Shown here: in pieces, positions 13,838 to 24,046 of the stretch | How positions within the stretch are numbered: position 1 is the first letter of the stretch | Layout: every line of letters begins with the position of its first letter | Source: Alphaproteobacteria bacterium | GTDB taxonomy: Bacteria; Pseudomonadota; Alphaproteobacteria; Bin95 | Direction of reading: 5' to 3' | Assembly: GCA_964291285.2 (NCBI GenBank) | Contig: OZ219785.1 | Coordinates: forward strand, 960,001-1,024,000 | DNA: 64,000 nt | Program-made: the position numbers and the translations under genes | Notes under the pieces: generated by a model | Database searches by the model: none | Told to the model about the DNA's origin: nothing | Seen by the model: the letters and a program-made list of their open reading frames with translations, nothing else

Positions 13838-14269
13838 GTGATGAAGCAAGCCTTTCTGATCGGCCCGGCGTTGGCGGCGTGTCTCTTGGCCGGCAGTTGC
13901 GTAAGCAACGATGTGGGCGGGAACATTCGTAATGCGGATGGAAACGAGGTCTGGAGTTGTAACGACCGGTTTTCGTCGGTCGATACCATCGTCTTGACGC
14001 GCCATCTGCAGGACGGTCGCGATGTCGGCACCGGCGCGGTGCAAACGGCCGGCGTGACGCGCTCGGCGCGGTTCCACATAGACGGCATAGAGCGGCGGTG
14101 GGATTGGGGCTCAGGAGGCGGCTCTGAGGGTACCGGCTACCTGTACAGTTTTACGATTGACGCCAGTGGTGAAGGCAAGTTCTATAAGTTTGGAAGCGAG
14201 GACCGAGTCAAGCCGAGCGGCTTCTATGAATGTCACACCGGATCAATCTTGGAGCAATTATTGAAATAG
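13838..14269 (+). CDS. Hypothetical exported lipoprotein
   Basis: Signal peptide with lipobox-like LAGSC; AGGAG RBS; lower GC. Confidence 0.6.
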   Translation: MMKQAFLIGPALAACLLAGSCVSNDVGGNIRNADGNEVWSCNDRFSSVDTIVLTRHLQDGRDVGTGAVQTAGVTRSARFHIDGIERRWDWGSGGGSEGTGYLYSFTIDASGEGKFYKFGSEDRVKPSGFYECHTGSILEQLLK

Positions 14270-14314
14270 CGGCCATTGACTCGCGGCTCGTATCGGTGGG
14301 AGTATCTGTCCGCC

Positions 14315-14482
14315 ATGACGCGAAAAGGTAAGTGCGCGGCGTGCAAACAGCCGCTTAGCGATTTTCCGACCAAAAAATGTGTTCGGCGGCGCTGGCGCGG
14401 TCGGTGGCTGCACCTCTGCCCGCATTGCGCGCCGGCGAGAGACTATATTCGCAGGCGAATGAGAAGCGCGGGCGCGGACTGA
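14315..14482 (+). CDS. Small basic zinc-ribbon-like hypothetical protein
   Basis: CAAC...CPHC pairs; GGGAG upstream. Confidence 0.35.
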   Translation: MTRKGKCAACKQPLSDFPTKKCVRRRWRGRWLHLCPHCAPARDYIRRRMRSAGAD

Positions 14483-14611
14483 TTTTCAGTAGATTGGCCG
14501 GGGCGACCGGAAAGCCGCAAATTCGTAAGCGCCGCTGAACCGCCGCCGGCCCCGCATTTGCAGCAATTGCGCCGCCTTGCTATCTCCCTCGGGCATCGGG
14601 GGAGCGAATTC

Positions 14612-15835
14612 TTGCGCATCGAAGTGATCTGCACCGGGGACGAAGTGCTGACCGGCAAGACCGTCAACACCAATTTCAGCCGGCTCAGCCGGCGCCTGAC
14701 CGAGCTCGGCATGCCGGTGGTGCGCGAGACCACGGTGGGCGACGACCGGGCGGAGCTCCGGGCCGCTTTCGACACCGCCGCCGGGCGGGCGGATGCGGTG
14801 ATCGTGAACGGCGGGCTCGGCCCGACCGTGGACGACCTCAGCCAGGAGGTGGCGGCGGAAGCGGCGGGCGTGGCCCTCGGACTCCGGCCCGAATGGCTTG
14901 AAAACATTCAGGCCTTCTACCGCCGGCGCAACCGCGAGATGCCGCCCAACAACCGCAAGCAGGCCATGCTGCCGGAGGGCGCGGAGCTGATCGACAACCC
15001 GGTCGGCACGGCCTGCGGCTTCGCGCTCGACATCGGCGCGGCACGCTTCTTCTTCACCCCCGGCGTGCCCTCGGAACTCGACCGCATGGCCGAGCACGAA
15101 CTGATCCCCCGCCTGCGCGCGATGAGCGGCATCGACGCCGTCATCCACCTCAAGCGCTTCCACTCCTTCGGGATCGGCGAGTCGCGCGCCGACCACCTGC
15201 TTGCCGGGATCGAGGCGATGGACGCGCAAGGCAGGGTCAAGCTCGGCTTCCAGTCGCACTACCCGCAGCTGGAGACGAAGCTCGCCGTCGCTGCGCCGAC
15301 GACAGAAGCGGCGGCGGCGCTGCTGGAGCCCATCGAGGCGGAAGTGCGCGCGCGGCTCGGCCACTTCATCGTCGCCGAGGACGACGGCACGCTGGAGGGC
15401 GCGGTCCTCGACCTGCTGCGCGCCTCGGGCGGCACGCTCAGCGCGGTCGAGACCGGCTCGCAGGGCGGCCTCGCCGCGCGCCTGGCGGCGGCCGACGAGG
15501 AGGGCGGGGTCTTCCTGCGCGCGTCCTCGGGCAACAGCGCGGCCGCCGTGGCGCGGCCGCTGGGCCTGCCGGAGGACGCCTCGCCGGTCGAGCTCGCCGA
15601 GGGGGTGCGCCGGGCCGACGGGGCGACGCACGGCCTCGCCGCCGCTGTCGATCCGGGGACCGGGGAGGTGCGGATCGCGCTCGCCGGACCGGACGACGGC
15701 TTCGAGCGCCGCGCGCTGCTGATCGGCGGCCCGAGGCGGGCGCGTGAGGGCGGCGTCGAGCTCGCGCTCGACTGCCTGCGCCGCCGCCTGTCCGGAGCGC
15801 CGGCGGACCAACGGATCGATTTCGAGAAGGCCTGA
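14612..15835 (+). CDS. cinA: CinA-like competence/damage-inducible protein (MoCF-binding N-domain, degenerate C-domain)
   Basis: TGDEVL.G..VNTN, GGLGPTVDDLS, N..GTACG, PGVPSE. Confidence 0.82.
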   Translation: MRIEVICTGDEVLTGKTVNTNFSRLSRRLTELGMPVVRETTVGDDRAELRAAFDTAAGRADAVIVNGGLGPTVDDLSQEVAAEAAGVALGLRPEWLENIQAFYRRRNREMPPNNRKQAMLPEGAELIDNPVGTACGFALDIGAARFFFTPGVPSELDRMAEHELIPRLRAMSGIDAVIHLKRFHSFGIGESRADHLLAGIEAMDAQGRVKLGFQSHYPQLETKLAVAAPTTEAAAALLEPIEAEVRARLGHFIVAEDDGTLEGAVLDLLRASGGTLSAVETGSQGGLAARLAAADEEGGVFLRASSGNSAAAVARPLGLPEDASPVELAEGVRRADGATHGLAAAVDPGTGEVRIALAGPDDGFERRALLIGGPRRAREGGVELALDCLRRRLSGAPADQRIDFEKA

Positions 15836-15875
15836 GCGCGGGCCGCGCGCGGGACCCTCCGAGGGAGCGAGTTCG

Positions 15876-16592
15876 ATGAGCCTGGTGCTGTTTCTCCACG
15901 GCGAGCATTTCACCGCCATGGGCCGGCCGTTCCTCGACCGGCTGGGCGCGGGCCGCGAGCTCCATGCGCCGCTTCATCCCGGCTATGACGGCGCGCCGCC
16001 CGACCCGGACTTCCGCACCGTGGACGACCTCGCCTACCGCTATCTCGACCTGCTGGAGGAGCTCGACGCGCGCGACGCGACCGTCGTCGGCGCTTCGCTC
16101 GGCGGCTGGATCGCGCTCGAAATGGCAGTGCGCGACCGCTCGCGCATCGCCCGCATGGCGCTGCTCGCCCCGGTCGGCGTCAAGCTCTCGGGGCGCGAGG
16201 AGCGGGACTTCGCCGACCTTCCCTTCATGCGGGAGGCGGAGGCGGCCCGCGCGCTCTTCCACGATCCCGCCCGCTGGGCGCCCGACCATGCCGCACTCGA
16301 CGAGGCGGCGGTGGAGGCGCTTGCGCTGGAGCGCCAGTGGGCGGCCTGGTACGGCTGGAAGCCCTACATGCACAATCCCGTGCTCGGGAACTGGCTGCAC
16401 AGGGTTGCGGTGCCGACGCTCCTGCTCTGGGGCGGGAGCGACGGCTTCGCGGCGCCCGAATACGGCCGCAGGCTGGCGGCGCGGCTGCCGGACGCCCGGT
16501 TCGAGACGATCCCGGACGCCGGCCATTACCCCCATATCGAACGCGCCGATGCGGCCGCTGATGCGGTTCTGGCCTTTATGGAGAACGCATGA
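15876..16592 (+). CDS. Alpha/beta fold hydrolase
   Basis: GASLGG nucleophile elbow; AGHYPH. Confidence 0.85.
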   Translation: MSLVLFLHGEHFTAMGRPFLDRLGAGRELHAPLHPGYDGAPPDPDFRTVDDLAYRYLDLLEELDARDATVVGASLGGWIALEMAVRDRSRIARMALLAPVGVKLSGREERDFADLPFMREAEAARALFHDPARWAPDHAALDEAAVEALALERQWAAWYGWKPYMHNPVLGNWLHRVAVPTLLLWGGSDGFAAPEYGRRLAARLPDARFETIPDAGHYPHIERADAAADAVLAFMENA

Positions 16593-17743
16593 TGCAGGTC
16601 TGGCATTTCAGCGAGATGGCCTACCACCCGGGCTGGGAGTTCCTGAACGAAGGCCTGCGCAACGTGATCCCGAGCCGGGTCTACGACCCGGAGGTCGGCG
16701 CCGACCTCTACCACCGCTATCTCGACGAATGGGCGCTCTGCGACCGGCTCGGCCTCAACATCATGGTGAACGAGCACCACGCGACGGCGACCTGCACCAC
16801 CTCGGTCTGCACCATCCCGATGGCGATCCTGGCGCGCGAGACCGAGAAGGCGCGGCTGCTCTGCCTCGGCATGCCGATCGGCAACCGCATGGACGCGGTC
16901 CGGGTGGCCGAGGAATACGCCATGCTGGACGTGATCAGCCGCGGCCGGGTGGAGATGGGCTTCGTGAAGGGCGCGCCGTTCGAGATCAACCCCGCCAACT
17001 CCAATCCGGCGGAGCTGGAGGAGCGCTTCTGGGAGGCGCACGACCTCATCGTCAAGGCGATGACGACCCATGACGGGCCATTCAACTGGGAAGGCCGGCA
17101 CTACCACTACCGGGAGGTCAATGTCTGGCCGCGCCCCTGGCAGCAGCCGCACCCGCCGATCTGGATGACGGTGGCGAGCCCCGGCTCGGCAGCGCGGATC
17201 GGCCGCAAGGGCTATGTCATTGCCGCGCTGAACACCGGCTATATCCACACGCCCGTGGTCTATGGCGCCTACCGGGAGAGCGCCGCCGAAGCCGGCATCG
17301 CCGCCGGTCCGGACCGCTTCGCCTATCTCTGTATTATCGGCGTCGGCGAGACGGAGGCCGAAGGCAGGCGGCGCGCCCACCAGATCCTCGATTACAGCCG
17401 CACGACCCCGCGCGTGCAGCCGCAGTTCTTCTATCCGCCCGGCTACTCGCCCGCCGGCCCGACTGCAGCCATGATCCGCAGCGCCGAACGCCTCATCCAG
17501 CGCCGCGACGGGTCGAGCTTCCTGATGCAGGACGGCACGGTGGAGGACTTCATGGCCGCCGGCGTCGCCTTCGCCGGCACGCCGGCGCAGGTGGTCGAGC
17601 AGGTCGAGGAATTCGCTGCGGCCGTCGGCGGCTTCGAGCACCTGCTGATGATGGGGCAGGGCGGCTTCATCAGCCACGAGGACACGGTCGCCAACCTCAC
17701 CCTGTTCTCCGAAGAGGCGCTCCCCGCCATCGCCGGGCTCTGA
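16589..17743 (+). CDS. LLM-class flavin-dependent oxidoreductase
   Basis: NEHH, AEEYAMLD..SRGR, PRPWQQPHPPIW. Confidence 0.9.
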   Translation: MMQVWHFSEMAYHPGWEFLNEGLRNVIPSRVYDPEVGADLYHRYLDEWALCDRLGLNIMVNEHHATATCTTSVCTIPMAILARETEKARLLCLGMPIGNRMDAVRVAEEYAMLDVISRGRVEMGFVKGAPFEINPANSNPAELEERFWEAHDLIVKAMTTHDGPFNWEGRHYHYREVNVWPRPWQQPHPPIWMTVASPGSAARIGRKGYVIAALNTGYIHTPVVYGAYRESAAEAGIAAGPDRFAYLCIIGVGETEAEGRRRAHQILDYSRTTPRVQPQFFYPPGYSPAGPTAAMIRSAERLIQRRDGSSFLMQDGTVEDFMAAGVAFAGTPAQVVEQVEEFAAAVGGFEHLLMMGQGGFISHEDTVANLTLFSEEALPAIAGL

Positions 17744-17817
17744 GCCGCCTTCCCGCTTGCCGCACGGGGGCTGGCGGAGGACAATCCCGGCTCCTGCGAG
17801 AGGGAGGAGACGAGGCC

Positions 17818-18777
17818 ATGTCGGTCATTCTGGGCAGCGGCGAGCACCGTTACCGGGTCGTGGAGGACTGGGCGAAGCTGCCCGAGGGCTGGGAGTTCCG
17901 CGATGTCGCCGCGGTCGCGGTGGACGGCAAGGACCAGGTCTATGTGTTCAACCGCGGCGAGCACCCGATGATCGTCTTCGACCGCGACGGCAATTTCCTG
18001 CGCTCATGGGGCGAGGGGGAGTATCCGCGCGCCCACGGCATCCATGTCGGCCCGGACGAGACGCTCTACCTCACCGATGACGGCAACCACACCGTCCGGC
18101 GCTGCACGCCGGAGGGCAAGGTGCTGATGACGCTCGGCGTGCCCGGAACGCCTGCGCCCTTCATGAGCAACGAGCCGTTCCACCGCTGCACCCACACCGC
18201 GATCTCACCGGACGGATACCTGTTCGTCACCGACGGCTACGGCAATGCCTGCGTCCACAAATACACGCCCGACGGCAGGCTGGTGAAAAGCTGGGGCGAG
18301 AGCGGCTCCGGCCCCGGACAGTTCAACATCGTCCACAACATCACCGCCGACGACGACGGCTGGCTCTATGTCGCCGACCGCGAGAACCACCGCGTCCAGG
18401 TGTTCGACACGGAGGGGCGCTACGAGGCGCAGTGGAACAATCTCCACCGGCCCTGCGGCCTCTACATGCCGCGCGGCTCCTGCCCGCACTGCTTCATCGG
18501 CGAGCTCGGGCCGGGCATGGCCGTCAACCGCCACCATCCGAATCTGGGCCCCCGCCTTTCCATCGTCACGAACGAGGGCGAGCTTGTCGCCCGGCTCGGC
18601 GGCGAGGACGGGCCGGGGCTGGAGCCGGGCAAATTCCTCGCCCCGCACGGCGTCGCCGTGGACAGCCGGGGCGACATCTATGTCGGCGAGGTCGCCTACA
18701 CCAACTGGCCGGCGAGCTTCGGGGACGAGCCCCGGCCCCGCTGGCTGCGCACGCTGCAGAAGCTCGAAAAGGTCTGA
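17818..18777 (+). CDS. NHL-repeat beta-propeller protein (peptidyl-alpha-hydroxyglycine amidating lyase-like)
   Basis: NHL repeats: AHGIHV, DGYGN, VADRENHRVQVF, PHGVAVD. Confidence 0.85.
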   Translation: MSVILGSGEHRYRVVEDWAKLPEGWEFRDVAAVAVDGKDQVYVFNRGEHPMIVFDRDGNFLRSWGEGEYPRAHGIHVGPDETLYLTDDGNHTVRRCTPEGKVLMTLGVPGTPAPFMSNEPFHRCTHTAISPDGYLFVTDGYGNACVHKYTPDGRLVKSWGESGSGPGQFNIVHNITADDDGWLYVADRENHRVQVFDTEGRYEAQWNNLHRPCGLYMPRGSCPHCFIGELGPGMAVNRHHPNLGPRLSIVTNEGELVARLGGEDGPGLEPGKFLAPHGVAVDSRGDIYVGEVAYTNWPASFGDEPRPRWLRTLQKLEKV

Positions 18778-18784
18778 GGCGCGC

Positions 18785-19702
18785 ATGGTCCCCGAACCGC
18801 AACTCATCGAGACCCGCATCCACGCCGCCCTGCCGGACGAGCTCCGGATTACGGACCGCGAGAGCGCCTTCACCCGCGAGATCTTCCGCGGCCACCGGGT
18901 CGGCTCCTTCCTGGAAGGCCCGGCCTTCGACGGCGCCGGCAACCTCTACATGGTGGACATCGCCTTCGGGCGCATCCTGAAGCTCGCTCCCGACGGCGGC
19001 TGGTCGGTGACGGCCGAATATGACGGCCATCCCAACGGCATGAAGCTGCACCGGGACGGGCGTCTGTTCGTCGCCGACCGGCAGAACGGCGTCATGGTGG
19101 TCGATCCCGTGAGCGGCAAGGTCGAGACCTTTTTCGGGCGCGACCGCCTGCCCGGCTACAAGGGGCTGAACGACCTCTTCTTCGCGTCCAGCGGCGACCT
19201 CTACTTCACCGACCAGGGAACGAGCGGCCTCCACGACCCGACCGGGCGCGTCTTCCGGCTGTCCGCCGCCGGCAAGCTCGACTGCCTGGTATCCAACGCG
19301 CCGAGCCCGAACGGCCTCGTCATGAACCCGGCCGAGACGGAGCTCTATGTGGCCGTGACCCGCGACAACGCCGTCTGGCGGGTGCCCTTCCGCGAGGACG
19401 GCACGGTGCATCGTGTGGGCCTGTTCTGCCGGCTCATCGGCGGCATGGGGCCGGACGGCATGGCCGTGGACCGGGCCGGCAATCTCGCCGTCGCCCATGC
19501 GGGCGGCGGGCAGGTCTGGCTCTGGTCGGCGGCCGGCCTGCCGACGCACCGGGCGGTCGCCTGCGACGGCGGCGCGCTCACCACCAACGTGGCCTATGGC
19601 GGGCCGGAGGGGCGCACGCTGTTCATCACCAACTCGCTCAGCGAGAATGTGCTGACGGCGGAGATGCCGGAGCCGGGCGAGCCGATGTTCGGGCCGGGCT
19701 GA
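18785..19702 (+). CDS. SMP-30/gluconolactonase/LRE family protein
   Basis: LEGPAFD, NDL, SPNGL, GPDGMAVD. Confidence 0.88.
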   Translation: MVPEPQLIETRIHAALPDELRITDRESAFTREIFRGHRVGSFLEGPAFDGAGNLYMVDIAFGRILKLAPDGGWSVTAEYDGHPNGMKLHRDGRLFVADRQNGVMVVDPVSGKVETFFGRDRLPGYKGLNDLFFASSGDLYFTDQGTSGLHDPTGRVFRLSAAGKLDCLVSNAPSPNGLVMNPAETELYVAVTRDNAVWRVPFREDGTVHRVGLFCRLIGGMGPDGMAVDRAGNLAVAHAGGGQVWLWSAAGLPTHRAVACDGGALTTNVAYGGPEGRTLFITNSLSENVLTAEMPEPGEPMFGPG

Positions 19703-19733
19703 CGGCGGCACACGGGAAAACGGAGGCGGAACA

Positions 19734-20183
19734 ATGACGGGCAAGGCGGTACCGGTCGGCATCAACCATGTCGCGCTGGAGGTGGGCGACATCCAGGAGG
19801 CGCTGGACTTTTACGGCAGCTTCCTTGAACTCGAGATTGCGCGGCAGAGCGAGAAGGCCGCCTTCGTCTATTTCGGCGACCAGTTCATCAACTTCTCGCG
19901 GGGCCGGCGGCAGGGGCCCGACGACAACCGCCATTTCGGCATCGCCGTGGACGACAAGGAGCTCGCCATCCGCCGGCTGGAGGAGATGGGCGTGGCGTTC
20001 CTCGAAGGGCCGTTCACCGATTTCCTCGACCCCTGGGGCAACCGGGTGGAGCTCACCACTTACACGAAGATCCAGTACACCAAGGCCGACCATGTGCTGC
20101 GGGGCATGGGCCTCGGCCATCTCGAAAAGGCGCCTGAGGCGCTGGAGGAGCTTGCCGCCAAGGGCATGGGCCCCGGCAAATGA
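19734..20183 (+). CDS. VOC family (glyoxalase/bleomycin resistance) protein
   Basis: INHVALEV, HFGIAV, DPWGNRVE. Confidence 0.85.
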   Translation: MTGKAVPVGINHVALEVGDIQEALDFYGSFLELEIARQSEKAAFVYFGDQFINFSRGRRQGPDDNRHFGIAVDDKELAIRRLEEMGVAFLEGPFTDFLDPWGNRVELTTYTKIQYTKADHVLRGMGLGHLEKAPEALEELAAKGMGPGK

Positions 20184-20211
20184 CGGCAATCCGGCGACAA
20201 GGAGGACAGCG

Positions 20212-21144
20212 ATGAGCGGGCGTTTCGGGTTCGCACCGGCGGAGGACCGGCCGATCCCCTATCTGGACCGTATCCGCACCTATTACCAGACGCTGGGCTA
20301 CGGCAAGCCCTATGAATGGGCGCATTATGTCGAGACGCCCTTCGCGGCGCTCGCGAAGCCGCTGGCGGAGTCGCGGGTCGCACTGGTCACGACGGCGGCG
20401 CCCTACCGGCCGGACAAGGGCGACCAGGGACCGGGCGCGCCCTACAATGCGGCGGCCAAGTTCTACAGCGTCTATTCCGGCGACAGCGCCTCGGACCCGG
20501 ACCTGCGCATCTCGCACATCGCCATCGACCGCGACCACACCACGGCCGAGGATATCGGCTCCTGGTTCCCGCTTCGCGAGCTCCGGCGGGCAGCGGCGGA
20601 GGGCCGGATCGGGGAGGTGGCGCCGCGCTTCCACGGCGCGCCCACAAATCGCAGCCATGCCGCGACCATCGAGGTGGATGCGCCGGAACTGCTGGCGCGC
20701 TGCCGCGAGGACGGGGCCGACGCGGTCGTTCTCGCCGCCAACTGACCGGTGTGCCACCAGACCGTGAGTCTGGCCGCACGCACACTGGAAGCCGCCGGCA
20801 TTCCGACCGTCGTCATGGGCTGCGCCCGGGACATCGTGGAACATGCGGGCGTGCCGCGCTTCCTGTTCAGTGATTTCCCGCTCGGCAATCCCGCCGGGCG
20901 CCCGCACGACCCGGACTCGCAGCGCGAAACGCTCGCGCTCGCGCTCAGGCTGCTGGAGAACGCGCCGGGCCCGAACACGACGGTGCGCAACCCCCTCCGC
21001 TGGTCTGAGGACCCGGCCTGGAAGCGCGACTACTCCAACATCGACCTCGTGCCGCCGGAGGAGATCGCGCGGCGCCGGGCGGAGTTCGACCGCATCAAGG
21101 ACGTGGCGAAAACCCGGCGCGAAGAGGATGCGGCCGCCGGCTGA
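20212..21144 (+). CDS. GrdB/PrdB-like reductase selenoprotein B family protein; in-frame UGA (20743-20745) read as selenocysteine
   Basis: Two in-frame ORFs joined by ...LAAN-UGA-PVCHQTVSL (UxxC); KPLAESRVALVTTA motif; hairpin 11 nt after the UGA. Confidence 0.85.
20746..20780 (+). promoter_or_regulatory. Putative bacterial SECIS element
   Basis: ccagac-cgtga-gtctgg stem-loop at 20757-20773, with further pairing possible below. Confidence 0.7.
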
Positions 21145-21186
21145 CCGGGTTATACCCGGCGGAACCCGCAGGCGAGGAGCGCCGGA

Positions 21187-21981
21187 ATGGAATATGCCGA
21201 CGGCAGGATGCTGGCCGACAAGGACTCCGGTATCGGCTGGATGACCTTCAACAACCCGGCCCGGCGCAACGCCATGACGATGGAGATGTGGCAGGGCGCG
21301 GACGCTATCCTCGCCGATTTCGAGGCCGACCCGGAGGTGCGCGTCATCGTGCTGAAGGGCGCGGGCGACAAGGCGTTCGTCTCGGGAGCGGACATCTCGC
21401 AATTCGAGAAGAACCGCGCCGACGCCGCGGCCGCTGCGCGCTACAGCGCCGCGACCGACGCCGGCCGCCAGCGTCTGGCGACGGCGGAGAAGCCCGTGAT
21501 CGCCATGATCCGCGGCTTCTGCATGGGCGGCGGCCTCGGCATCGCCATGACCTGTGATCTGCGCTTCGCCGCGGAGGGCTCCGAGTTCGGCATCCCCGCT
21601 GCCCGGCTCGGCATCGCCTATAATTTCGAGAATGTGCGCAGCCTAGTGGGGCTGGTGGGGCCGGCGCGCGCCAAGGACATCCTGTTCTCCGGCAGGCGGC
21701 TGCCGGCGGAGGAGGCCTATGCCGTCGGGCTGATCGACCGCGTGCTGCCGGCGGCGGAGCTGGAAGGGCATGTGCGCGACTATGCGGCCGGGCTCGCGGT
21801 CAACGCGCCGCTCTCGATCCGCGCCTCCAAGCTCACCATCCGCGAGGTGGTGGCCGACCGGCAGGAGCGCGAGGCCGGCCTCGTCGAGGCGCTCGCCAAG
21901 GCCTGCTTCGACAGCGCCGACTAACGCGAGGGCCGCACCGCCTTCATGGAAAAGCGCCGCCCGGTCTTCACCGGCAGTTGA
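21187..21981 (+). pseudogene. Enoyl-CoA hydratase/isomerase with premature TAA at 21922-21924
   Basis: FVSGADI, CMGGG, PAARLG; after the stop the frame continues REGRTAFMEKRRPVFTGS*, the canonical crotonase C-terminus. Confidence 0.8.
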
Positions 21982-22045
21982 GGCCGCGCGAGCCTGCTCC
22001 CGTCCGGCCGACGGCTTGCACGCTTGCCTGGGAAGGACAGAATCG

Positions 22046-23974
22046 ATGGCGAACACCAGCAGCAACACCCCGGCGACCGAGCGCGGCGTCCATCCGCTGA
22101 ATGCGCTGACGCCGGCCGAGATCGAGGCAGCGGGCAGTATCGTCCGGGCGTGGGACGGGTGGACCGGATCGACGAAGTTCGAAACGATCCGGTTGCACTA
22201 TCCCGACAAGGCCGAGTGCCGGGCGGAGATCGCGGCCGGCAGGGCCGGCGGCAGCCGCAAGGCCTATGTCAGCATCTACGACACGGCCGCCGACAGCGTA
22301 AGCGAGCTCATCGTCGATCTCGCGGGCGGTGCGGTGGAATCGGCGACCGATGCGCCGGGCGCCCGGCCGGCGATCAATGTCGACGAGTTCCTGGTCTGCG
22401 CCGAGACGGTGCCGCAGCATCCCGACTTCATCGCGGCGATGGCCCGGCGCGGCGTGACCGACCTCTCGAACATCCAGGTCGATCCCTTCTCGGCCGGCAA
22501 TTTCGGCTTCGAGGACGAAGAGGGCCGGCGGCTGGTGCATTGCCTGGTCTATCTGCGCTCCGATCCGGCGGACAATGGCTACGCCCATCCGGTCGAGGGC
22601 CTGAATGTGCTCTTCGATCTGAACCGGGTCGAGGTCATGCGGGTCATCGACCAGGCGGTCCACAAGGTTCCAAAGGCGTCCTCGAACTACCAGGCCGCGC
22701 GGCCGGAAATCGCGGACATCCTGCGCAGCGACCTGAAGCCCATCGACATCTCCCAGCCCGAGGGCGCCTCTTTCACCGTGGAGGACCGGGTCGTCACCTG
22801 GGCCAACTGGCGCTTCCATGTGGAGTTCCATCCGCGCGAGGGGCTTGTGCTCAACGACATCCAGGTGCGCGGCGGCGAGAAGGCGCCGTGGCGCCCGCTG
22901 ATCTGGCGCGCCTCGATCGCGGAAATGGTCGTGCCCTATGGCGACCCCTCCTTCAACAACTACCGCAAGAACGCTTTCGACGTGGGCGAATACGGCCTCG
23001 GGCAGGTCGCCAACCCGCTGAAGCTCGGCTGCGACTGCCGCGGCCACATCCACTATTTCGACGGCGTGTACACGGTGACGTCGGGCGAGCCGGTTGTGGT
23101 CGAGAACGCCATCTGCCTCCATGAGGAAGACGACGGGATGCTCTGGAAGCATACCGACTACATGACCGACGAGATGGAGCACCGGCGGGCGCGCCGGCTT
23201 CTGGTCTCCATGATCGCGACGGTAGGCAACTACGAATACGGCTTCTACTGGGTCTTCCACATGGACGGGACGCTGGAACTGGACGTGAAGGCGACCGGCA
23301 TCATGAACACCCAGGGCCTGAACGCGGTTTCGGGAACGGACTACGGCACCGAGGTCATGCCCGGCGTGACCGCCCCCAACCACCAGCACCTGTTCTGCGC
23401 CCGCCTCGACATGGCGGTGGACGGCGACGCCAACCGGCTGGTCGAGATGAATGTCGTGCAGCCGCCGATGGGCGAGGAGAACCCGAACGGCAATGCCTTC
23501 CGGGCGGAGCGGACGGTGCTGAAGACCGAGACCGGCCGGACGCGCAATGCCGACACCGAACGGTTCTGGAAGGTGGAGAGCGCCACGGCGACCAACGCGC
23601 TCGGCCGGCCGACGGCCTACCGCCTGCATTCGAACGGCATGCTCCGGCCCTGGTTCCATGCCGGGACGATGATGTCGAAGCGCGCGGCCTTCATCTTCAA
23701 GCATATGTGGTGCACGCCATACGACGCGGGCGAGCGGTTCCCGGCCGGGCGTTTCGTCAACCAGAGCGACGGCTCCGAGACCATCGCAAGCTGGGTCGGG
23801 CAGGGCCGGTCGATCGAGGATGCGGACATCGTGCTGTGGCACACCTTCGGCCTGCTGCACCTGCCGCGCCTCGAGGACTGGCCGGTGCAGCCGGTCGCCC
23901 GCACCGGCTTCCGGCTCGAGGCCGACGGCTTCTTCGACCGCAATCCGACGCTCGACGTGCCACCGGGCGCGTGA
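22046..23974 (+). CDS. Copper-containing primary amine oxidase (TPQ)
   Basis: TVGNYEY (TPQ precursor), HQH copper ligands, HLPRLEDWPV. Confidence 0.93.
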   Translation: MANTSSNTPATERGVHPLNALTPAEIEAAGSIVRAWDGWTGSTKFETIRLHYPDKAECRAEIAAGRAGGSRKAYVSIYDTAADSVSELIVDLAGGAVESATDAPGARPAINVDEFLVCAETVPQHPDFIAAMARRGVTDLSNIQVDPFSAGNFGFEDEEGRRLVHCLVYLRSDPADNGYAHPVEGLNVLFDLNRVEVMRVIDQAVHKVPKASSNYQAARPEIADILRSDLKPIDISQPEGASFTVEDRVVTWANWRFHVEFHPREGLVLNDIQVRGGEKAPWRPLIWRASIAEMVVPYGDPSFNNYRKNAFDVGEYGLGQVANPLKLGCDCRGHIHYFDGVYTVTSGEPVVVENAICLHEEDDGMLWKHTDYMTDEMEHRRARRLLVSMIATVGNYEYGFYWVFHMDGTLELDVKATGIMNTQGLNAVSGTDYGTEVMPGVTAPNHQHLFCARLDMAVDGDANRLVEMNVVQPPMGEENPNGNAFRAERTVLKTETGRTRNADTERFWKVESATATNALGRPTAYRLHSNGMLRPWFHAGTMMSKRAAFIFKHMWCTPYDAGERFPAGRFVNQSDGSETIASWVGQGRSIEDADIVLWHTFGLLHLPRLEDWPVQPVARTGFRLEADGFFDRNPTLDVPPGA

Positions 23975-24046
23975 CGCGCCGGGCTCCGGCCCCTATCCTG
24001 CCCCGCCCGGCGCCCGCACGGCCGGAAAGGACGAGGTATCGCCGCT

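Noticed and set aside
21922-21924. Recoded stop (Sec/Pyl) in the enoyl-CoA hydratase
   Set aside because: The codon is TAA, not TGA or TAG, and the position corresponds to a non-catalytic Tyr.
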